In this document: piece by piece, positions 51,362 through 63,651 of the stretch
Numbering within the stretch: position 1 is the first letter of the stretch
Layout: each line of letters opens with the position of its first letter
NCBI GenBank assembly: GCA_029717555.1
Contig: JAMDHS010000023.1
Span: forward strand, 186,001-250,000
Source of the DNA: Peribolospora baueri
Taxonomy: Eukaryota
Length of the DNA stretch: 64,000 bases
Direction of reading: 5' to 3'
Translations under genes and position numbers: made by a program
The notes under the pieces: generated by a model
The model's input: only the letters and a program-made list of their open reading frames with translations
What the model was told of the DNA's origin: nothing
Database searches by the model: none

Positions 51362-51935
51362 ATGGTCGACGCCCGTTTTGAAACCCCTTCCAGGACGTCA
51401 GCATCTCTCACACCTTCTTCCTGCTCCTCCGGGAGCTTAGCCAGCAGCGTCACCAATTTAGAGCCCTGCACCACCTCCCGCCTATCGGATGAGGACTGCA
51501 AGGGCGTCCACCGGGTCATCTCTGCTCACCGAGCCGAGCTCAGGGTACTCCAGACTCGTACAGTGGAGAATCAGGAGGGCATCGATAATATCGCACAGCT
51601 TGAGCGGGATCCTTCTGGGAGAGGGGGAGTGGAAGGGAAGGGAGAGTATAAAGAGAGGCAGCTGGCACTGATACGGGCGAGAATTGCGTTCGACAAAGAC
51701 ATGGCTGGTGAGTGGCCTGTAAACATGTTCATGTGCATGTGCTTGGGTGTTGCCCTCATCAAAGCTTTCATATCCCTTCCCATCAGCACACATCGAAAAG
51801 GAGATCACCCGCCTGCGTGCCTCTCTCGAGCAAGAGAAACGGCTGCGTGTACGCGAGCTGCCCATCTCAAAAAGGCTCGCACACGCGTTTAATCGTAAGA
51901 GCTGGCCACTCGGCGAGGGCCCTCCCTCGGTGTAA
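51362..51935 (+). CDS. Small hypothetical coiled-coil protein, two exons
   Basis: ATG at 51362. A GTGAGT...CAG intron (~51708-51786) joins ...IAFDKDMA to AHIEKEITRLRASLEQEKRLR...PPSV* in frame. Confidence 0.55.
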
Positions 51936-52064
51936 TCGCGGTGGCGTATGATCGATCTTCTTGCCAAGCGGTCCTTGACGCTGGTCGACCAAACCCCTCC
52001 CTTCTTGCCTTCCCTCTGAACTTTACTCCCACAATTTGGTTATCTACACTTAGTTGTCCCTCGA

Positions 52065-52104
52065 TTCTTCTTCTTCTTCTTCTTCTTCTTCTTCTTCTTC
52101 TTCT
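52065..52104. repeat. (TTC)n microsatellite, about 13 units
   Basis: Directly visible. Confidence 0.95.
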
Positions 52105-52970
52105 TTTTATCCTTGGGTCCCTTAGTTACCGTCCCACTCACGAACATGGACGTTCATCCTGCGTGCTTTGTTGTTTTTGTCTTGTTTCGTACTCGCCGAC
52201 GCGCAAAATGCCGACGCGCACGGACCATCGCGTTACTGCTGCGGTGGCTTGTCCTTCCCATTTCCTTTCAGGTCGTCTTGACAACGAGAACGAGTCGTTG
52301 GCTTTCCTCAAGGCGATTGTCATCGACCATTGAGCAGCGAGGAGAGGCTCAACGAGTCTACCGGCTGATGAGGATCTCTCCATTTTGCCTCCTTCTTGTA
52401 CGCCACGTTGTCACAGCGCTCGCCCTTCGGCCAGGCTGCCGCTCTTCCTTCGCCTCTGCACCATAACAACGCCCTATAGTGACGACACGGCGTTCAAAGG
52501 TAGCATACCTTCCACTCTCTTTTCCTTTGTCGTTTTGATACAGGGCTGTTACTCTGATATGGATTGGCACTCGGTGTTGTCAGGCACGCACACAGAGGTA
52601 GAGGAGAAACCAACCGCTTAATAAAACAGGAGGCCGCCATGTTCTCTCCCTCTCCCAACCTCGTCGTTCTCCCCCTCCCTAAGCTCACCTTTCATACCTT
52701 TCTTTACCCCTCTTCTTTTTGCTTTGAAAGGGTCTGGTACCCTTGTTCCCGACACCCCCGCGTTGTTTACCCTCAGGCAGGACCACACCCCCCCTTCTGC
52801 TCGCCCAACGACAACCTTTTCTTCCCTTCCAGGCGGAGGTAGAGGGTCCTAGGCGACCTCTGTCTCCAGAACATCGCAGTTTCCTTTCTATTTATCTCTG
52901 TTCACCACTTTCCTTTATCACAACTGCTCGACCTTTTTACAACCCCGTCTACACTGAACCGAACATCACC

Positions 52971-54031
52971 ATGGGAAAGTTCGTGTGGCACGATTGGGGT
53001 AGGCTTCTCGCCCTCGCTACCGCCACCTACTACACTTGGGCTGGTATTTGTGAGTCCCTGGCCCAAGTTTATCTGCTTTCTTGTTGCGTGGCTTGTTGAA
53101 AGTGAGAGATCATGTGATGGTAACAAGTGCTTGGGAGTCCTGGCGTTGGGATCGGACAAGGTAGGCGGTTTTCAGGGGATGGCCCGGAGGCCATATTTGC
53201 GATGAGGAAGCGGACAGATGTACGCTCTGTTTGAGCCACTCTTGTATGACTCTGCTCCGTCCAGGTCGGCTGCGCGGAGCTTGGTCTTGTCAGTTCGTAA
53301 AAGGCATGGCGCGACCAGGACACGCCTCATGTCAAGTGAACTTAGCTATTTGTTCTACGTCCTCGCTAATTTCACCCATTGACTTTCGCTTGTCCTACGC
53401 CCCACCCAGGGGGCATCTTCTTTCGCAAGTTTTTCTGGGACATGATTGACGGCACGCTCACCTCGACCGGATTTGTGTGAGTGACCCTTCACTGAGTCCT
53501 ACTTTGTTCCTTCCGAGTAATCCTTCGATCCCCGCTCCACTGTGGCCTCACTAATCTCTCTCCTCTCCTATATTTCTCACCTTATCTACCCTCCCCTCCA
53601 GAGCGCCGCTCCAAAGTCAGGGGTTCGTGGCGGTGACGGTCAAGTTTCCCCTTCTCCAGATCCTCATCATTCTCGGAGGCCTTTTTGCCCTTGCCCTCGA
53701 GTGGCCGCTCAATTTCTTCAAGGGATCTGCGTTCCATCGCAGCTTCGTTTTCCGCGGCGTCGTCTACTTCTTCTTCGCCTTTTTGGGTAGCTTGGTCTAT
53801 CAGGTGAGCAAGCGCTCGATTTCCACTCTCGCTCCGGCCGAGTCCGGGAATAATCCACGTAGGTTTGGAGGGACGCAGCTTGGGCTGAATCGGGCCCTCT
53901 CTCCTCTTTCGTGTACATAGACCGTCGACACGGCCGTGTACTGGCTAGTCGTCAGCACGGTCTACACGCGCGCACATGTGCTTGGTGAACAAATGGAGAA
54001 GCCGCGTGGACGTTCAGGCATGGCAGCCTGA
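52971..54031 (+). CDS. noxD: NoxD/PRO41 (p22phox-like NADPH oxidase partner) membrane protein, four exons
   Basis: MGKFVWHDWGRLLAL...W|GIFFRKFFWD...LLQILIILGGLFALALEWPL...FHRS...LVYQ|TVDTAVYW...GE. Matches the recalled PRO41/NoxD pattern MGRLIKNHWARL...KIFWDF...EWPL...HRS...YQ. Confidence 0.75.
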
Positions 54032-54897
54032 TGCGATACGGTGACAGCCGGTACGATTTGTCTGTCTTCGGCGCCCGTCCCCGCCTCTCTCCGTCATGCG
54101 AATCGACATTGCGAGGTCGAGTTCTTCTTCGCGCACCCTGTTCACTTGGAGTGGAGTGTGACACCCTGCAGGTGACAAACCAATCTCCCTCCCATCTTGT
54201 CTCCTGTACCACCTCTTGCGCAAGGTTTCACTTACAAGCTCCAATCAGCCAATCAACATATCACACACGTCTTGGTCACTGCCCCCATGCAATCAAACAC
54301 GGGGAGAGATGGAAAGCGGTGGGCGGGACGAGTAGATGTGCGCTGGAGCACTTGTTCCCGATCCGTCTTTCATCTCTTCCTTCCGTCTCGCTCACTGAGA
54401 TGGCGGTGTTATTGTTCGGTCGTCGATAAAAGCCGACGGCTCTCGAGAGCCTTTCAGACAAGACAGAAAGGGCGGGTATATACTTGCTGAAGTGACGTTC
54501 AACAGACCGAAGGGGACTCGAGGGAATGGCAGGCGGTTCGATTATGTCCGCAGAGCGTTGTCTAGCGATTCAGCCGATAGGCGGCGCTGATGGAACACTC
54601 TCAAGGGAAATAGTCTGGGCGACATTCTCGAGTGCACGAGGACACCCGATGGCAGTCGTGTTCGGGTATCCGTTTCGATATATTGACTCGGATGCTGCCC
54701 TTCTAAGAGGCGCCTTTGTAACCCCGGGCGACCGGGGAGCGTTACTCCAGTTATCATACTGCTCGAGGTATACAAGAGATCGACTGACGGACTGAGCTGC
54801 CACGGACTGTGCTGACGTGGGATGTGTAGGAAGGAAGAAAGTCGGGACACGAGCGAGGACAGGAAGGAGGCGCAACGGTCAAGGTAAACTTGTCCTT

Positions 54898-57800
54898 TTA
54901 CAAGACCACCTTTCGGTTCTCCATCTCGAACTCTTCTCGCCTCCCGTTGCCGTCGTCGGTCGCCGTCGAGCTCGAAGCCGAATGAGACGGCGACGCGCGA
55001 GGTTGTGCCGGTTGAGCAAGCACGCTGGGGGGCTGAGAGTAGACTTCCCGAAGCTTTTGCTCCACCAGCTTCTTCACTCTGCGTGATGTGAACACACGCA
55101 CAGAAACAAAGTGGTGTCCGTCAGGCGACCGAGTGAAAGGGTTGCCATATGTGCGATGGTCGATCTAACTCACTCTTTGAAAACGGCCTTGCCCACCGTC
55201 ATCATAGGTCCAAGGAGAGAGAACTGGACCGCCACGTAGCTGTCGGGCGAAACAATGCGATTCGACAAGTGAGCAAGGACCAAAGTGAGCTATCCCTCTT
55301 TCGGACAGCTTTAAGGGGCACACTCACAAAGACGCGCCGAGAATGCAGAGCGAAGCGAACAAGAACGGGCTCGACAGCACCGCGATAGCCTCGTTCCAGC
55401 CGAGGACGACGAGCACGGCGTATATCCAATACGGTATCTGAGCGATGCTACTGACCGTGCTCCGCTTCGCCTCCACGTAGTACGCGTCAGCCTCCTTGCG
55501 GAAGCGGGAGATGATCTCGTTCTGCTTTGTCTCGGTGAAGATGGTCAATGTCGAGTCAAAGTCGAACCCTGGCTCGTCGTCCGTCGTATCATCGGCTTCG
55601 GAGGAGGGGAGGCTGATCATCAGGTTCGGGTCCGTAGGGGCAATCTTGGCGTAGATGGGAATGAGGGCTAGCGTCTGCGAGCAGAAGAGAAGGAGCCTGC
55701 TCAGTTACACCTCGACAGGGCTACTCTGCGCACTCAGTCGGTCTCTGAGATGTCCAACCACTCACTGCATCCCTCGCCGTCCGGAAAGCGCCGTCGATAT
55801 CATCATCAGGCTTCCAAACCCTCGGCACGCCATCCTTGTCATACCTAAACTTGTCCTCGAACAATGTGCGCAGTTTGATGAGCAAGACAGCATCAGCAGT
55901 CTGTTCATCCACCTTGGACCGCAAGGCCAGCCATGAGCGGCGGCGGAGAAGGGTGAGGGAAGATTGGTTTTCTTCCTCGGTACAGTTGAAGCCTGAGGAG
56001 ACCGGAAGAAAGAGAGTGGGGTCGCGTGTGAGCAAAGAAAGGGCAAATCCAGACGCCGCCATCGAACAACGAGCAGGAGCAAGTACAACAACGAGCTCAC
56101 TCGTCGCCTTCTTGAGGTAAGTCGTCTCGGCCTTGTCGAGAGCGTCATTGAAAGCTTTCAGGATCTTGTCCCACATGTCCACTGACGGCTTGTTGAGCGC
56201 CAGCTCCGTGGGTTCGGCCACCTGCTTCTTGATGTTCCTCTGAAAACGGAGGTATGAAGGAGCTCATGGTGAGCAGACCGAGCGACAAGACGTAGCCAGC
56301 CACACAGGGCACATGCGCCAAGTCACTCACCTCTATTTGAGTGACCATCTTCTTCGTCTCCTCTACCCGACTTTGGTCAGCGACCTGCGTGATGTCTTCC
56401 CGGAGTTGCGCAAACTCTTCGTCGAAAGACCAGTCCGTGTCCTTGAGGAGGATGGCTTCAAAACGGCACGATAAATAAACGCACAAGGTTGAGCTCAGGC
56501 GTCCAAGGGACACGCATGGGCTTATACGCGGTGGAAGGAAGAAAGGACTCACCATTGGCCGCCTCCTCGAAGGCACCCTCGGCCTTTTGCCTCTCCGACT
56601 TGACTACTTGGGCAAAATCGTACCCTTCTCCCTTGAGCTTGTCCAAGATGGAAGCCTTGAATTCCTTCAGCACGTCCTTGTGTAGATTCTTGAGCTGGCC
56701 GAGGAAGAAAGGAGAGAGTGTGGAATTGAGCTTGTCGAGGAGGTCAGAGCGCTTGCGGCGGTACACCTCGGCGTGGTAGCGAGAGGCGGCCGTGTCGAAC
56801 TTGACTGCGGAGGACGAGACACGAGAAGCGCTTGGATTGAGTGGGACGGCTTGATGGCGACGCTCTACATGCTCACGAAAGTAACTCACCGAGTGCAGCC
56901 TTCCTGTGCTTCTCCATGTCAGCTCCAAGCTCCGGGATGACCTTGCCAGCTTCGACTGGCCGACGGAAGCCCTTGACGTCGTTGCCGAACACGGCGAAAG
57001 CGCCGTTGGCGATCTCGTCGCAGCGGAACTGAGCGAGCAGTTCCTGTTGCGTGGGGAGGTCGAGATCCTTGTTCGTCATGACTTGTTGCTGGAAGACGAA
57101 AGGACGTGGAAAAGCGATCGAAGAGCCAGTGATCAGAGACGAGGTTGAAAGGAAGTGTGATGAGATGCAAAAGACAAGAAGACTAACCCAAATGCCCTCC
57201 ATGTAGTGCCCGAGACCGTCGGCAGGGATGCGCTTGTGGTAATTAGGACGGAAGACAAAGTTGGGGTCCTTGCGATCGATGAAACGACGTCGCAGGTTGA
57301 GGACCTCCTTCTCGAACTCCTGGGGTAGGAGGATCTTGTGCGGCAGGGTGGTGAACATCATATCGAAGTAGTCAGAGATCTTGCAGTCCTCAAGACCTTC
57401 CGGCTGGACCGTACGGGGACCGTCGCGAAGAAGAGGGTGTTTGGTCAGATCGACTCGCCAATAAGAGACATAACTTCCTCCATGTATACGGCTGAGAGAG
57501 ATGTTCACCTTGGAGAGCCCACTCCAGATCTTCTCCAAATCGGAGGCAATAGTATTGGACAGGTTAGAGAGCGGAGTGTGTCCGACGTGGTCGCGGATGA
57601 CGAAAAGAAGGAGCGTCTTGTCTTTCGATGCGCCACTGCGCAAGTCAGAAACCAGAACAAGTCAGAACAAGTCAGCATCCGTCGGGACAAGATGCGAACT
57701 GTGGTAATCCCGAAGAGCAACAGAGGCTAAACGGCGAAGAACACGCACTTCCTGCCCTTGCTCGTCTGGAACAGACTCAAGTTGACCTCAAACACCGTCT

Positions 57801-58809
57801 TGAGCAAGCTCATGTTGGCACCCTGGTAGAGACCAACTTGGTGCTCCCACATGTTCACGATGAGGACCTCGGCGGAGGCCATGGAGAAGAGGGCGGACTT
57901 GCGTTCAAAGTCCTATGAAGGAATCGATCAAGGCGCTTCGACGGTGAGCAGGAGCAGGCCCCAAAATTCTGTTTCCAAAGCACGTTCACAGCATCGCTCA
58001 CCTGGTCCTCTCCCCTTTCACGGCCGTCCGTACCCTCCACGTCCATGACGAGCACGTCCATATCCTGGCCCGGACACATCCATATGCCCTTCGTGGTTTG
58101 CCGCCTCTGAGACTCGTCCATCACATCGAACGTCGTCCCGAACAGACGGTTGAGAAGCGTACCTTTCAGGAGAATGGGGGGCCGGGGGGGGGGGAGGGGG
58201 GGGGGAAGGAGAAAGGGCAGAAGAGGCCTGTGTCGGCACTCTAGTCGAGTATGGCGACCCGCGGACGCCCGCAACCCCGTGTGTGTGTGCTTCATTGAAG
58301 CGTTCAAGAAATGAAGAAGCTTCACTCACTCTTACCGGTGGACTGAGATCCGAAGACGGCGACAACGTCGTAGGAGAAACCCTTATCGAGCAGGCCCCAC
58401 TGATCCATGTTTTTGTCCACTTCCGACCTGGAGGCAAGTGGAGGGGGAATGTGGGGCCATTGAGCTTTGTGCCGTCGAACTCGAATCGAGTCGGGGGTTC
58501 CTGATCGGCTCCCCCGCCGTGATGACAGAAATGATGGCCCTTCGCTCCCCTCTCCCGGGCCCCTGTCGCCTTCGTTATTGGAACTCACGAAAATCGCTGC
58601 TCCTCATCGATGATCTGAAGCCTCTCTTGTCCCTTTAGATTACCCTTCGCGATCCGCCGCCCTCCTTCTCCGTCCTCCCCATCACCGGGGCCGGTCCCGT
58701 TGGCATTCACGACCTTCTCTCCCGCCTCCACCAAGGATGCCTCGGCGGAGATAAGCGTGGGGTCGGAGGAAAGCAGGTTTGGGGTTGTGGTGCTGCTGCT
58801 GTTTTCCAT
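54898..58809 (-). CDS. SEY1: Sey1/RHD3 dynamin-like ER fusion GTPase, multi-exon
   Basis: [106 protein letters not shown]. Confidence 0.96.
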
Positions 58810-59502
58810 GCCAGGCTGGATGGGGGCGACGGGCGGAGAGGGATGATCAGAAGCCGAGCGGGGAGTAAGGGGCGAGGGTGGAAGAAGGGGTGGGGGCGGC
58901 GATGCGATGCGATGCGATATGATATGATGTGATGACGATTGTGCTGATCGACGGCGGACCACAGAGGATCTACGCGTGACACACACGTACGGTGGTAGGT
59001 GGGTGGACGAAGAGCAGGCGCCACTTGATAGGGTGACCGCCCGGTTTGTGCGGTAGCGCTCTGGACGCAAAGGGGTTGTCGAAGGAGGAGCGAGTAGGAC
59101 GGGTGCGGTGGCGGAGACGAGGGACGTTCCGATGGAGCTGAGGAACCTTGTGGGCCGTGAAAGAGAAGCAGGCGACTCCAGAGAAGCTGAAGAGGGAATC
59201 CCACGACGGCCTCGATCGGGGGCGCACAGAGCCCGAGAGCGGATTAGGGTTACGATAGTCGCCGGTCAAGTCTCGCACAGATGCCACATTCAGTGGACAT
59301 CCACGCGACGCAGCGCCATCTGCGAAGGGAACTGGGAAAGGACGACCGTTCCTTAATCGAATACCATATGTCGCGCGTCCCATGTCGTGTCTTCGTTTCC
59401 TCTTGCCAGAAAGACAATGCCCATCCAGAAGCTACAGTGCGCCGATTAGATTTACATTCAGGGAGGATCACCGGAACGAGGTGAAGAAGAAACCCAACGA
59501 GT

Positions 59503-61373
59503 TCATGTCCTGAGGGACAAAGCTAACAATGGCATCATCCCCCTCGCTTCAAAATTTTCCCAGCCTACACCCTTAAACGACACGAACCTCTCCTCGGGAT
59601 CGTACTTGAGCTTGATCTCCTTCAACCGGGCATAGTGGTCGGCGAAGGACGAGTCAGAGCTGGGATGCAAATATCCTAACCCCACCTGTCCTCGCTTTTT
59701 CGCTGACCCCATCTCCTCCCGGCCGTAATCGTTAGCTCTGGCGTTCAGTGGAACGAGGTGTATGCAGCCGCCGCGGAGCGCAACCTGACTGTCGTCGGAG
59801 GCGTCTCTGCCGGCGGCAGCGTCGGCACTGGCGGCGGGTGTATTCTCGGCGCCGGGTATTCTATCTTGTCGCCGACGTATGGGCTAGGTGCGTTCAAGAT
59901 GCATACTTGGTTTCTTTCGCAAGCTGAAAGGGGCTTCAGCGCCATGCTCATTTGTGTGGACGGTCAGGCGTGGCGTGGACAACGTGCTCCAATTCGACGT
60001 CGTCTTGGCGAGCGGCGAGATCGTGTCCGCCTCGTCCAGTAGCAACTCGGACCTCTTCTGGGCGTTGCGCGGAGGGGGCGGCGGTACCTTTGGCGTCGTG
60101 ACCAGCGTCACGTACCGCGTCCGCCCGGCGACGCCGGCTCTGGGCGCTCTCTGCGCTGTGAACGTGACGAGCGCCGAGGGTTACGAGGAGCTCCTGACAC
60201 GGCTCATCCGCGGCCTGCCGAACGCGACGGATGCGGGCTGGGGCATGTACGTCGTGATGTCCGGCGAGATCCCCAGCAGCTTCGCAACCTGGCTGTGAAC
60301 GCCTTGCATCCCAACTCGACCGACATGGCGCACGCCACGACCGTTCAGCCGCTCCTGGCCGAACTGGCATCGGTTCCCGGGGCGACAGCGCAAAGCTTCA
60401 CGGTGCCTTACCAAGGTGGCTTCTACGATTGGTATAAGGAGTACGAAACAAACGGGACTCAGGTCGGCGCCCCGGACATCCTCGGGTCGAGGCTCATGAG
60501 CCGTGACGCCCACTTGAACAAGGCCCGAGACGCCGCCAAGATCTGGGCGCGGACTCCTGGCCTCGGCATCAAGTGAGTACTGTTCGGATGTCGTAGCGTC
60601 CGCAGTTCCATCTCCATGAAGCATGGAACGGCTGGGTCGCTCATCGCTCATCGATTACATGCCTCGCCCTTCACTCGCTTCTGTCCGCCATCGTCGTCCC
60701 GTCCCACCCAGCGTCATCGCCGGCGGTGCAGTCAATCGGCCCGACGAGGCCTCTACCGGCCTCAACCCGGCGTGGCGCCGCGCCATCTCCAGCGTGTCCA
60801 TCTCAGAATCGTGGGCCGATAACGCGACGGTGGCGGAGCAAGACGCGGTGCAGGCGATGGTGACGTCGCAGACGATGGCGTTGGACTCCTCGAGCCCGGC
60901 GGAGGGGCGTACGTGAACGAGGCGGACCCGGGAGAAACTTGAAAGCGGTCACAATGTCCTGCACCCGATGGACCTCGACGGCGAGCGACGGCACGCTGCC
61001 CTGGTCGCAGGTGGCAGTTCTGGGGCCTGCAATCTCGCAGTCCTCCTTCCTCCGTGCCGTTGGCCGCGATCAGAGTCTCCCAGTTGGTGTTCTGCATCGC
61101 GCCCGGCTGGTCGGCGCGCCATGTGGCGTTCGTCCACTGCGTCTGCGCCTGCGTGCACGCCGAGGCGGAGTAATGCGGGTCGTGGCAGGGAAAGGCGGGC
61201 GGGCGCGGACGGAGGAGCGGGGTGGAGAGGGAGGCGGAGAAGGCGTCCAGCTCGGCTTGCGAGGGCAAACAAGGCTGGCCGGGCCGGCAGAAGCAGCGCT
61301 GCCGCTGTTGTGGTCCGCTCGCGCCTGCCCGGAGGAAGGGGAGGAGGATAGCGAGGGGAAAGAGGATGTGCAT
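59503..61373 (-). pseudogene. Secreted FAD-linked oxidase (berberine-bridge-enzyme-like) with an inverted internal segment (~59665-60937 on the + strand)
   Basis: N-terminus on minus (signal peptide, CRPGQPCLPS, WRADQPGAMQNTNWE, CDQGSVP...DIVTAFKF). Middle on plus ([62 protein letters not shown]). C-terminal BBE part on minus (HYARLKEIKLKYDP). Several frameshifts. Confidence 0.85.
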
Positions 61374-63651
61374 CGCTGGGTCGGCTGTGGGGTTTGGAGA
61401 AAGAAGCGAGGAGGGAGGGCTCTGACGAGGACGGCATGCGTCTCCTATTGAATTTTTGCGTCATGCTGCGAGGTCATCTCAGGCTCTTCCTGACGTCATA
61501 CGAAGCGAAGCCTGGCGACTCGCCCGCTGTGGCTCCAACATGCGGACGAGGTCAGTGGGATGGATAGAGAGCGGTGGAACAGATGCGGAGTGAAATTGGG
61601 CGAAAGAGCGGATGGGCAAATGCAGGCGTCCTCGACATGGTCCACATGGCCCAGCCTGTCCAGCTCGCTGGTGGAGTCCGTGGCAAAGGCGTAGGTTAGC
61701 ACAGCGAGGGGGACGTGCGCACTTTGCTTCTTGCGCTTGGACGTTGACGATCGCTGCAAGCAATGCGTGATCGGTGGAAACGCGCGGGCGAGACACGAGA
61801 AACGCACTGCCACCACGCACGCACGCACACATGGGCAACGTCGAACGTGCTCTGCGACTCGGACTGAAGTGGCCCTGCAAGTAAGGCGCTTTACAGTGCG
61901 GTATGTAGGTACCTGCTACACCCAACCAGCCCCCGAGACCCCATATCCCGCCCCGACAACATGCGAACCGCATCGACGCCCTGACTGCCCGCGGTCCACC
62001 GCAGCGCCGCCAGTCCAGAAGGGCGGGCTTCAGGCATGGTGTAAGGATCTGGCGTAAGAGAGACTGCAAGGAAGCCGCCCCGTTTCCTGAATCCGACGCG
62101 CAGCGGTCCAAACGAACCGCAAACCCACCTCTCCGGCGGCGTCAAGCTCACTCAGCATCGGGCGGGCCGGGGGAGGTCGGACCATATTAACTAGTCCGAC
62201 GATGCGGGTCCAGAAGGGGATGGCCACGGGATGCCCGGTCCGGAGGGTGGAGCTGTGGGACACGTCTTGGTCGGAAAGAGGGGTCGCTCTTCTGGCCAAA
62301 AGGGGACGAGTGTGCTCTCCGAGACTTGGGAAAGAGCAAACTATTTCCACATCCGTCCGAGGGGGCTCCTGATCTGATGTCGTCCTAATGAAGGCAGGTT
62401 GTAGTCAAGAGAACGCAGGGGGGTTGTCACAACTCGGCGTCGTTCTCGCCTCGGCTTGCCCACCGGCTGAGCCGAGCCGGTCGTCACGGCTACCACTCAC
62501 TTCCCTTCTCGCCAATGAGAGGCGTCCCATTTCCACTTACCCTGCGTCTTCACGTGGGCCGCCATCTCAATCTCAAGCACAGCCAGCCGTCTTTCGTTGC
62601 AGCTCCATCCCGGACGCGGTTCGCGAGAGCCATCGCGATCGGGGACACCGGCCGGGTCCGGGATCAAGCAGAAGGCCCGGGCCTTGGCCCTCATCGAGTG
62701 CGACGGGGCGCACGACGACACGGACGACTCGCAACACAAGCAAGCTGGAGACGGAGACGGACTTGCGATCCCTCGATCCCACCCACGTTTGGGTGCCTGT
62801 GGGTGGGAACAAGAAGCTGTCCACACTCCCGCCGCCGATCGGCTGAATCGGCCAGGCGTGCATAACCCTAACTGATCAACCGCCCTCCCTTCCGCCCAAA
62901 TTTTCCCGGCCTCGTCCTTCTTCAGCCACGACCCCACCCGTCTGCTCTCTGCAACGAACCACCAAGCCAACACTCGCACCGCCGCTTTCAATTCGTCAAA
63001 CCCAACACCCAAGCCTCTTCTCACCATCTATGGTCGATCCCAGTTTATCGTGCTCAAGCTCTCGATCGAGCCTTCTCAAGTGCGTACCAAGTTCTGCGCG
63101 CCCGCGCTGCCTTCACTCGTGCTCGTCTTTGTGGCCGGCATGGCCGACCGCATGTGGACGAAAGCTAGCTAATGCTTTCTTCTGTATCCATCTCTCCATC
63201 GCCGCTGTCCCGCCCTCGTCCTCTCTCTACTATCTTGTCTGCTGGCGACCCCGCGTACAGCTGCGTCCGTAGGCCTCGCCGCCACTCTTCCTCTGGCCTC
63301 TTGATTCTGTTCCTCGACTCCTCCGACAGGCCGCCGTAAGTTGGCCCATCCTCGTCGCCCCATCTCTAGCCGCCCAGGTTCCTTTCCCACCTCAAAAGTG
63401 TTTCAAGGACCTGGCCGGCGGCTCTTCTCCTGCACACCAGCCCTGCCGTGCTTTGCACTGCGCTGCTTACCATCCGCTTAACGAATACGCTGCCCAGACG
63501 AATCGAGGTTTGCGACGCCTTCGCCATAGAGCCTCACTGAACCACGCGCGCTATCTTCTCACACTCAACGAACTTGTCCTCGTCAGCCGCGATGCCCGTG
63601 CTTTCCGCGCCTCTCAAGAAACTTCCTCTCCCCCTCACTCACTCTCGGACC

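Noticed and set aside
59640..60945. Programmed, reversible (phase-variation) inversion switch in the oxidase
   Set aside because: No convincing inverted repeats at the junctions (at most ~7 nt, CTCCCGG), no recombinase nearby, and re-inversion would still leave frameshifts and the missing FAD-binding His segment.
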